64,000 nucleotides of DNA from Candidatus Helarchaeota archaeon (GTDB lineage Archaea > Asgardarchaeota > Lokiarchaeia > Helarchaeales > RDOG01). Both the position numbers and the translations under genes were made by a program. Positions 29,275 to 37,078 of this stretch are shown piece by piece; positions within the stretch are counted from its first letter, which is position 1, and the number at the start of each line of letters is the position of its first letter. The notes under the pieces are model-generated. The model was not told where the DNA came from. It made no database searches and was given only the letters and a program-made list of their open reading frames with translations. Where the stretch lies: positions 1,169,432-1,233,431 of the forward strand of contig JAHPZH010000001.1 of NCBI GenBank assembly GCA_019058315.1, given 5' to 3'.

Positions 29275-29471
29275 GGAAGATCTTGGCTATTAGTTGCGGT
29301 GTCACGCCGTGCATGCCGGACCGTTTACCATCCTTCACCGGTCCTTTCATCACTGCCGGCACTATTGACCATAGTATATTTTGCGAAGCCAACCTAAAAG
29401 GTTCAAAATACACTATGGTCACGTGCCGTTGAGTAGAAAGTCCCGATCTTGGACTTGTTGCAAGGTCTTCC
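29275..29471 (+). ncRNA. retron msr-msd-like ncRNA copy 3
   Basis: 11-bp IR GGAAGATCTTG/CAAGGTCTTCC with one U.G; opposing G29286/G29460; 17-bp stem 29367-29383/29404-29420. Confidence 0.8.
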
Positions 29472-29603
29472 CTTTTTTTAATCTATCCACGATTAAATTT
29501 TATTAATTTTCAAAATTAATTAAAAAACTACTAATTTTTAAATCAAAATCAGGAGTAAATTAAGAAATATGGAAGAAAAAGTAAACGTTATTAACCCATA
29601 TAT

Positions 29604-30653
29604 CTAAGATGGGGCATATTTCCTTATTTTATTCGAAAATTTTTTAATTTTATTAATAGAGCTTGGATAATTTACAATCAAAGTTTTTTCAATAATTTCT
29701 AATATATCCTTATTAATTTTTTTACCAAATTTTTTTAAATCAGCATCTGAAACGGTTTCAGTATTTATGATATTTAGCAATTCTACAATTCTTTCAAATA
29801 ATAAATTAATTTCATCAACATATACTGCCCTGGCTTGGAAAGTGTCTAAATCCTTTATTTTTTTCACTAAATTATTAAAATATTTATTATTTTTTATACC
29901 AATTAGGGTATTTTTTTCAAGATCAATAATCACAGAATCTATTACAAAAAGCCCAAGAAGATCTTGAGGGACTCCAACAATATCAACTAGGGTCTCAGCA
30001 AGAGTGTTTGCCCAATAATTTGTTTTTAAAATGCGATTTGGTGTAAACAATTTTAAAGAATCAATTAATAATTTAATCAGAGCTCGATCGCCAGAGATAA
30101 CAATTCGTCTTCCAATAAATATAGAATAAATCACTTTTGCAAAATTTTTCTTTAAAGTATTAAATAAAAAACTAAGGCTTATTTGTCTTGGTTTAATATT
30201 ATATTTTTCTTTAAAGTATGCGATTTTAGACTGATCTATTTCCTCATCCCCCATTCTTTCATTTATTATTTGAATAGTTTTGTCTACATATTTTTCAAAA
30301 GGTTTAAGATACCTATAATTGATTAATTCAGAATTTATATGCTTATCCTTATATATATTCAAATATTGCTCACTTAATTGACTTAGAACAATTTTTAAAG
30401 CATCATCATCGTCATTCTGATCTGCAATAATTATCAGATTAAGGTCATGTTTAATATCAATTGAACGATAGAGGATTTTTGATTTGCCTAATATTATCGC
30501 TTCTACCTCATCACTACTTATATTTTTAGCAATCATAGAAACCGCTGATAAAAATGAACCAAATAAACTTGGTTGCATGGAAATTTCAGTGTCAAAACTC
30601 CTTGAAAATATACAAACAGAACGGTTATTTATTAAAACCATTTTTATAGGCAA
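29604..30653 (-). CDS. longin + DENN-like (folliculin-like) protein
   Basis: N-terminal longin pattern (CIFSRSF...LFGSFLSAV); C-terminal FAKVIYSIFIGRRIVISG...LFTP...IVGV...VIIDL resembles cDENN. Confidence 0.55.
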   Translation of the reverse strand: MPIKMVLINNRSVCIFSRSFDTEISMQPSLFGSFLSAVSMIAKNISSDEVEAIILGKSKILYRSIDIKHDLNLIIIADQNDDDDALKIVLSQLSEQYLNIYKDKHINSELINYRYLKPFEKYVDKTIQIINERMGDEEIDQSKIAYFKEKYNIKPRQISLSFLFNTLKKNFAKVIYSIFIGRRIVISGDRALIKLLIDSLKLFTPNRILKTNYWANTLAETLVDIVGVPQDLLGLFVIDSVIIDLEKNTLIGIKNNKYFNNLVKKIKDLDTFQARAVYVDEINLLFERIVELLNIINTETVSDADLKKFGKKINKDILEIIEKTLIVNYPSSINKIKKFSNKIRKYAPS

Positions 30654-30885
30654 TTATAATTCCTCTAATAAAACAAAGCCTAATTAATGTTTTATTTGTT
30701 CTTTTTCAGTTGGTTAACTTAATTTATACTTTTTAAATTTCAATATTTCTAATCTTTCATTGATTATAAATAATTTGAAAAACAAATTCTTTTTTTTCAA
30801 TTTATCACAAAACAGACAAGAATTTTTTTGAATGGTATCTTGATTGTTTTTCATAAAAAATAAAATTTTTAAAAAGTGAGAAATT

Positions 30886-31410
30886 ATGCCAATAGTATCA
30901 ATTAAGAAAAAAGATAAGGTTATTGAACCCGAGATAGATCCTACTGCATGGATTTCAAAGCATGCAGTAATAGTTGGGAAGGTTTCAATAGGTCCAGGAA
31001 CTGTAGTTTATCAAGGCGCAGTAATAAGAGGGGATTTTGCAGCTGTCAAAATCGGTGCGAATAATGTTATTCAAGATGATGCAGTCATTAATACGGCAGA
31101 TGGTTTTAAAACAAAAATTGGTGATAACAACTTAATTGGTTTTAAAGCTATTGTTCATGGAGCTACAGTTGGTAATAACGCAGTAGTTGGAATTGGTTCG
31201 ACAATTATGATCGGTGCAAAAATTGGAGATGACGCATTAATAGGCGCAGGTGCGTTTATTGGAAACAATAAAGTTGTTCCTCCAGGCAAATTCTGGATTG
31301 GCACTCCTGCAGTAGAGAAAGGTGAAAATAAACAAGGTGCTATGTGGGAGATTGGCCGAAAATCTTGGAGAGAAAATGTAGAAAAGCGTTTCAAAGGAAC
31401 AGAAGCATAA
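30886..31410 (+). CDS. gamma-carbonic anhydrase-like hexapeptide repeat protein
   Basis: AVIRGD, NVIQD, left-handed beta-helix repeats, GTPA. Confidence 0.85.
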   Translation: MPIVSIKKKDKVIEPEIDPTAWISKHAVIVGKVSIGPGTVVYQGAVIRGDFAAVKIGANNVIQDDAVINTADGFKTKIGDNNLIGFKAIVHGATVGNNAVVGIGSTIMIGAKIGDDALIGAGAFIGNNKVVPPGKFWIGTPAVEKGENKQGAMWEIGRKSWRENVEKRFKGTEA

Positions 31411-31608
31411 AAATATATCTTCTTAATAACTTAAACTTATATTTTTTTACCTTTTTTAAAATCTAAATCCAAAAATCGTTGAAAGAAAATTGATTTAAGG
31501 GATTTTCATAAATAAAATTTCTTCTATATTATAATAGAAAATATTTTCAAAGCGATTTACAAATAAAAATTAAAAAATAAAGTCTACTATTTAAAATTTT
31601 AAATTTCA

Positions 31609-31878
31609 ATGGAGAAGTTAGATTTGCCAGCTTTATACAAAAGTAAAGAAAAAGGAAAGATGCTTTTTTTACAAAGGGATAGATGCAAGGCTTGTAATCT
31701 TTGCATTAATATCTGTGCAGTAAAAGCAATAATACCAGATACAGAACTAAATAGCAGAGCAGGTTACCCACCAGCACCAAACCCTGAATCTAAGGGATGT
31801 ACATACTGTGGAACTTGCGAATTAGTATGTCCTGATTTCGCTATATATATTACTGATTTGAGTTTATTGGAGGAATGA
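31609..31878 (+). CDS. korD: 2-oxoacid:ferredoxin oxidoreductase delta (2x4Fe-4S) subunit
   Basis: CKACNLCINIC and CTYCGTCELVCPDFAI; operon context. Confidence 0.8.
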   Translation: MEKLDLPALYKSKEKGKMLFLQRDRCKACNLCINICAVKAIIPDTELNSRAGYPPAPNPESKGCTYCGTCELVCPDFAIYITDLSLLEE

Positions 31879-31879
31879 T

Positions 31880-33055
31880 ATGTCAAAATATAAAGATTAT
31901 GATGGAAAACCTGGAAAAACGGTTTTAATGGGTAATTCGGCCATGGCTGAAGGATGTATTGCAGGAGGGTGTCGATTTTTTGCAGGATATCCAATAACTC
32001 CACAAAACGAAGTGCCAGAATATATGAGTAGAAGATTACCCCAAGTTGGTGGTAGATTTCTTCAGATGGAGGATGAGATTGGAAGCATTGCAGCAGTGGT
32101 AGGAGCTGCAATTACTGGTGTAAAAGCTATGACAAGTACAAGCGGGCCAGGTTTTTCGCTTATGCAAGAGATTTTCTCTTGGGCTGCGTGTATAGAATTA
32201 CCAATTGTAATTGCTGATGTGCAGCGGACAGGTCCCGGAAGTGGCGTTGTTTCATTACCACATCATTCAGATATTATGCAAGCACATTGGGGAGGAAATG
32301 GAGAGTATCAAATAATTGCTTACGCCCCATGTACTTGTCAAGAATTATTCGACTTTGGGATTGAAGCTTTTAATGATTCAGAAACATGGAGAACACCAGT
32401 AGTTATCTTTAGCGATGCTTGGCTGGGACATATTTACGAACGTGTCATAATTCCTGAATCTGATGAATTAAATAAGAAAATTGTCCAGAGAAAAATCTAT
32501 GAAGGTAACCCAGCAACATATAAAGGTGCTTCTTGGAAAGATAGGGACGGAAATATTGTTATTTCAGAACCTCCTATTCTTGGTAATGATTTTTTCCCTG
32601 ACTGGTTACCTTCAGTGACACACACTCCAACATATTTTGCCTCAGAAGATTCAGATGTTTCCTATAAGATGATTGAGGCAATTAATCAAAAAATTCTCGA
32701 TAATGAAGAAAAAATCGTTAAAGTTCAAAAGTTAAATTTAGATGATGCAGATATTGCGATTATATGCTATGGATTACCATTTAGGACTGCAAAAACAGCA
32801 ATGAAACAAGCACGAAAAGAAGGCATTAAAGCAGGAATTTTAAGATTAGTAACACCATGGCCTTTTGCAAAACAAGAAATTAAAAAATTATCAGAAAGTG
32901 TGAAAAAAATAATTGTTTTAGAAATGAATTGGGGCCAAATTCTCACATATGTTGAAGCAGCAGTAGAGGATGGAACATCCGTCCATTTTATCCCTGAAAT
33001 ATCTAAAATACCTGAACCAAAAAAGATTCTTGATAAAATTAGGGAGGTTATGTAA
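31880..33055 (+). CDS. korA: 2-oxoacid:ferredoxin oxidoreductase alpha subunit
   Basis: GYPITPQ, QMEDEI, TSGPGFSLM. Confidence 0.9.
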   Translation: MSKYKDYDGKPGKTVLMGNSAMAEGCIAGGCRFFAGYPITPQNEVPEYMSRRLPQVGGRFLQMEDEIGSIAAVVGAAITGVKAMTSTSGPGFSLMQEIFSWAACIELPIVIADVQRTGPGSGVVSLPHHSDIMQAHWGGNGEYQIIAYAPCTCQELFDFGIEAFNDSETWRTPVVIFSDAWLGHIYERVIIPESDELNKKIVQRKIYEGNPATYKGASWKDRDGNIVISEPPILGNDFFPDWLPSVTHTPTYFASEDSDVSYKMIEAINQKILDNEEKIVKVQKLNLDDADIAIICYGLPFRTAKTAMKQARKEGIKAGILRLVTPWPFAKQEIKKLSESVKKIIVLEMNWGQILTYVEAAVEDGTSVHFIPEISKIPEPKKILDKIREVM

Positions 33056-33924
33056 TGTCTATAAGAATTCCTGAAGATGAAAAACCTGACCATCCTTATA
33101 CTCCTACGACGTTTACTGGACGAAAATTCGGTACAGTAGTTTCTTTCTTTTGTTCGGGTTGTGGCTATGGAGCTATTGCGCAGATGCTTTGTAGAATATA
33201 CGAAGATAATAAGCTAGATATGAACAAATATCCCATAGTAAATGGTGTTGGATGTTATACAATGATCCCTTTGATCTTGCCTGGGAAAACATTTATGTGT
33301 CTCCATGGAAGAGGTCCTGCAGTTGCTACGGGCATCAAGATGGCACATCCTGAAATGAAACCGATTTCAATTCAAGGTGATGGAGATGCACTTTCAATAG
33401 GAACTAATCATTTCATTCACGCTGCCAGAAGAAATGTCGATATGGTCCTTTTATTATTACACAATAAAGTCTATGGTATGACAGGAGGGCAATTAGCACC
33501 AACTATGCCTGAAGAATGGAAGGCATCAACTGCACCCTATGGATTCAAAGAATATACAATAGATGCAGTGAAATTAGCTTTGACTGCGGGTGCAACATAT
33601 GTAGCAAGATGGACTACAGCTCATCCCAGACAATTTATGAAGTCAATGACAAAAGCTTTAATTGAGCATAAAGGATTCGCATTAGTTGAAATAGTGAGTC
33701 AATGTCCTACATATTTCGGAAGGAGAAATGATATGGGAGATCCAGTAGAGTTATTCAATTGGATCAAAGATAATTCCATTAATATCAATAAGGCTAAAAC
33801 GATGAGTGAAAAAGAGTTGTTAGATAAAATTATAATTGGAGAATTTCATGAAGAAAGAAAACCTACTCTGTCAGAAAGATATATGGAAATAATAGATTCA
33901 CTAGATAAGGAGAAGAAAAAATGA
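33055..33924 (+). CDS. korB: 2-oxoacid:ferredoxin oxidoreductase beta subunit
   Basis: CSGCG, HGR, GDGD TPP motif, YGMTGGQ, CPT. Confidence 0.9.
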   Translation: MSIRIPEDEKPDHPYTPTTFTGRKFGTVVSFFCSGCGYGAIAQMLCRIYEDNKLDMNKYPIVNGVGCYTMIPLILPGKTFMCLHGRGPAVATGIKMAHPEMKPISIQGDGDALSIGTNHFIHAARRNVDMVLLLLHNKVYGMTGGQLAPTMPEEWKASTAPYGFKEYTIDAVKLALTAGATYVARWTTAHPRQFMKSMTKALIEHKGFALVEIVSQCPTYFGRRNDMGDPVELFNWIKDNSININKAKTMSEKELLDKIIIGEFHEERKPTLSERYMEIIDSLDKEKKK

Positions 33925-34481
33925 CTCGAACGGAAATTAAAATTTCAGGTTACGGTGGACAAGGTGTTATTACTTTAGCTAAATTAATTACTGCTGCAGT
34001 TATTATGCACTCTGATAACTTGGAAGCCACTCAAACGGAAAGCTACGGAGCTGCTGCGAGAGGTGGAGCTTGCTGGGCAGAAGTCGTTATAGATGAGGAA
34101 GAAATTGATTATCCTAGGGCAGTTCCTGGAAATGTTGACATTGGAATATTTTTCACTGATGAGGCAGTAGGTTCGTTCCTGAAGAGTGTTAAAAAGAAAG
34201 GAGGAACAATAATCTATGATCCGCTTACTATTAAAAAGGTTAGAGCTAAAAAAGCTCAAAGTTTATATGCTGTTCCTGCATTAGAAACAGCTAGAAAAGA
34301 ATTTTCTCCCGTTGTTGCTAATGTAATCATGTTCGGAGCCGTATTAGGTCTCACTAATATATTAAGCAAAGAAATTGGAAAGAAAGCAGTAGAGGGTTTT
34401 GTACCCAAAAAAGCAGTCGATCTTAACCTTAAAGCTTTTGAAAAAGGATACCAAATGGGTCAAGAAATTAAAATTCAATAA
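33921..34481 (+). CDS. korC: 2-oxoacid:ferredoxin oxidoreductase gamma subunit
   Basis: GYGGQGVI, SYGAAARGG, NLKAFEKG. Confidence 0.9.
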   Translation: MTRTEIKISGYGGQGVITLAKLITAAVIMHSDNLEATQTESYGAAARGGACWAEVVIDEEEIDYPRAVPGNVDIGIFFTDEAVGSFLKSVKKKGGTIIYDPLTIKKVRAKKAQSLYAVPALETARKEFSPVVANVIMFGAVLGLTNILSKEIGKKAVEGFVPKKAVDLNLKAFEKGYQMGQEIKIQ

Positions 34482-34506
34482 ATTTTTTTATTTTAAGATT
34501 TTATAT

Positions 34507-35388
34507 TCACATTTTCTTTAAAATTGAAGAACATTTTGAGCAAGAATATACTCCATCTGTTTTAACTTGATAATAAATTGCACAATTTTCGCAATATAGA
34601 ATTATATCTTTTTTTTCTACAGCTGTATCCTTATTTAATAATTGAGTTATATATGCAATTTGGGTTTCTGCCCAACGAACTCCATCTTCATATTCAGCAG
34701 TTTTTGCCCAATGTAAAGCGTTTTCAAGAGAGAAGAGTGCTTCCAAATTATTTCCAGATTGAAAATTTGCACTAGCTCGATTTGCAAATTTATTATAATT
34801 TTCATATGCCCCATCATAAAGTACTTTAGGTTGTATCTCAGCCTCTTCGGTCTGTGTTAATTTATCAATAAATTCTGGGTCGAGAACCATTTGAACAAGA
34901 GTCCTAAATACCAGATCTATAAATTTTCCAGATTTTGCACTAGTATCAAAATATATGGTTTCATGTTTTTTGGCAATATTTGTGCCCTCCTCAGAAGTAA
35001 CTACATGGTTTGGTAAATCAAATTTATTACCGACAATTACTATTGGAATCTTTCCTCGGTTATCAAATACTTCTTTAATCCATTTATCAATATTATTAAA
35101 ACTTGTTCGATTAGTTTTATCGAATACTACAAGTCCACATGATGCACCCGTATAATACATGGGTCGGATATAACTAAATTGCTCTTGACCGCCAGTATCC
35201 CAAACTTGAAATTTAACACGTTGACCATAGACATCCATCATTTTTACGCTAAAATCAACCCCAATTGTAACTTTATAATCATCTCTAAATTTTCCTTCTG
35301 CGAAACGAACACTAATAGCAGTCTTACCTACAGTTGCATCCCCAACTATAATACATTTTAATAGATAATCGTACCGATCCTTGCTCAG
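34507..35388 (-). CDS. Rab-like small GTPase with C-terminal helical + zinc-ribbon extension; probable CTG start at 35388
   Basis: Manual upstream translation gives SKDRYDYLLKCIIVGDATVGKT...TIGVDF, in frame with WDTGGQE, YYTGA, NKFD and SAK. Confidence 0.9.
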   Translation of the reverse strand: MSKDRYDYLLKCIIVGDATVGKTAISVRFAEGKFRDDYKVTIGVDFSVKMMDVYGQRVKFQVWDTGGQEQFSYIRPMYYTGASCGLVVFDKTNRTSFNNIDKWIKEVFDNRGKIPIVIVGNKFDLPNHVVTSEEGTNIAKKHETIYFDTSAKSGKFIDLVFRTLVQMVLDPEFIDKLTQTEEAEIQPKVLYDGAYENYNKFANRASANFQSGNNLEALFSLENALHWAKTAEYEDGVRWAETQIAYITQLLNKDTAVEKKDIILYCENCAIYYQVKTDGVYSCSKCSSILKKM

Positions 35389-35571
35389 TTTTTTCCTACC
35401 CCAAATTATATTTCGTTTTTTCTTTTTAATATTTTTAGTAAAATATTTCTATTTAAATTAGATTTAATATTAATGATTAATATTGAAATAAAACAGTCTA
35501 ATTGCTGTTAAATAATCATTAACCGATAATAAAGAATCTTTCGAGATATAAAAGGAGAATAAGAAAGAAAC

Positions 35572-35856
35572 TTATTCTTTTGCATAATATATGGTCCCTT
35601 TATCAGCAAAAACATAGTCTTTTTTACGCTTCGTTACTACTTTGACTCCAAGTAACTCAGCAACTCTTAATAACTCAGTAGGTGACTTAAACCTAATCCA
35701 CATTTTCGCTCTTGGAATACTGACAGTGTGAGTTTGGACAATAGTATTACCTTTAGAATCAGTTGTTGTAGTTTGATATCTAACAGGGACACCTTTATGC
35801 ATAAAATCGTTTTTACTTTGACCCATCATATCTTTAGCTTCTATAATTTCTACCAA
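35572..35856 (-). CDS. small hypothetical protein, tandem paralog C
   Basis: MVEIIEAKDM...MWI...YVFAD.GTIYY shared with neighbours. Confidence 0.75.
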   Translation of the reverse strand: MVEIIEAKDMMGQSKNDFMHKGVPVRYQTTTTDSKGNTIVQTHTVSIPRAKMWIRFKSPTELLRVAELLGVKVVTKRKKDYVFADKGTIYYAKE

Positions 35857-35875
35857 CTTTATAACTCCTTCATTT

Positions 35876-36112
35876 TTAATATTCTTGGCAATAATAAATC
35901 GTCCCTTGGTCCGCGAACACGTAATCGTTGCCCCTTTTATTTATTACCTTTATCCCTAACATTTCCGCGGTCCTTTTTAAATCACTTAACGAGTCGAATT
36001 CAATCCACATCATTGCACGAGGTAAACTATCAATTCCAACCTGAATTCCTTTATGTAAAAAATCATTTTTAGATTGACCCATCATATCTTTCGCTTCAAT
36101 TATTTCTACCAT
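35876..36112 (-). CDS. small hypothetical protein, tandem paralog B
   Basis: Same motifs; ATG at 36112 aligns with the paralogs. Confidence 0.75.
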   Translation of the reverse strand: MVEIIEAKDMMGQSKNDFLHKGIQVGIDSLPRAMMWIEFDSLSDLKRTAEMLGIKVINKRGNDYVFADQGTIYYCQEY

Positions 36113-36130
36113 TCTTAACACCTAACTTGC

Positions 36131-36337
36131 CTATTCTTTCGCGTAAAAGATCGTACCAGCCAATGCAAACACATAGTCGTTTTTTCTTTTAATAATGAAC
36201 TTAATTCCATATGCCTCGGCAGCACGTTTAAGTTCTGCGACATCCTCATATTCTATCCACATATTAGCTAGAGTTTTATTTCGAAAGTCATTTTTAGAAT
36301 GACCAACCATGTCCTTTACTTCAATTATTTCTACCAT
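36131..36337 (-). CDS. small hypothetical protein, tandem paralog A
   Basis: Same motifs, shortest version. Confidence 0.75.
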   Translation of the reverse strand: MVEIIEVKDMVGHSKNDFRNKTLANMWIEYEDVAELKRAAEAYGIKFIIKRKNDYVFALAGTIFYAKE

Positions 36338-36562
36338 TTTTCCCTAACTCATTTATTTTTTTTAATTAAGTCTATTAATATTTCAAATTTGTTCTTTATG
36401 GAAAATTAATTTGTATTTAATAATATGCTTTAAAAAAAATTTAATATTTTGGATTATTAAAAATAGATCAATAAAATCAGTTATATTATTAAAAATTAAG
36501 TAAGAAATATTATTATTAATAAATTACAAAATTTTTTAAAAATGGAATAATAGTGAGAACAA

Positions 36563-37078
36563 ATGCCTGATTTTCAAGCAGAAGTAGAGATAATGGAGTT
36601 AGATGGGTTCGGTTATAAGATGAAAGAGTTTCTTGGCGTATTTAAAGGGGAATTAATAGATTATCGAATTAGAATTGAAAGGTCAAAGGATGTAAAAACT
36701 AAGGATCCAATGACAAAAGCAAAAGTTATTGTTGGAAATAAATTTAAAATTGAAAAAGATAAGATGAAACTAATTGTACAAGCTACAAAAGATAAAGATT
36801 ACTTAAAAGTAATTATTGCTCCTGAAAAACCAGATAAATTTGTATCAGATGAATTTTATGATATAGTTACCTCATGTCTTGCGAAAGCCAGAGAGGTTAT
36901 GATGAAGAGAGATGAACGAGAGGAATTTGAAGATTTTATATTGACTAAATTATCACAGATAGCAGATGGAACAGAAAAACAAACAGCTTTAACATGTATT
37001 AAATGTAAAGCACCTTTACCACCAACAAGAGTAGGAAATGTTGTTTGTCCTTATTGTAGTACAACAAATGTAATTTAA
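36563..37078 (+). CDS. hypothetical protein with C-terminal zinc ribbon
   Basis: CIKCKAPL...CPYC. Confidence 0.7.
   Translation: MPDFQAEVEIMELDGFGYKMKEFLGVFKGELIDYRIRIERSKDVKTKDPMTKAKVIVGNKFKIEKDKMKLIVQATKDKDYLKVIIAPEKPDKFVSDEFYDIVTSCLAKAREVMMKRDEREEFEDFILTKLSQIADGTEKQTALTCIKCKAPLPPTRVGNVVCPYCSTTNVI

Larger units (their letters stand above)
28763..29471 (+). repeat. three tandem direct repeats with a 175-nt core and 254/258-nt periods
   Basis: Direct alignment of the three copies; AT-rich unrelated linkers between them. Confidence 0.97.

Noticed and set aside
28763-29471. Repeats as a CRISPR array
   Set aside because: Units have a 175-nt conserved core, the variable parts are self-complementary stem arms rather than spacers, and there are no cas genes in the window
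27360-29471. Diversity-generating retroelement (TR/VR)
   Set aside because: Differences between copies are compensatory and not adenine-specific, no copy lies in the 3' end of a target ORF, no Avd-like gene is present, and the RT has retron X/Y motifs
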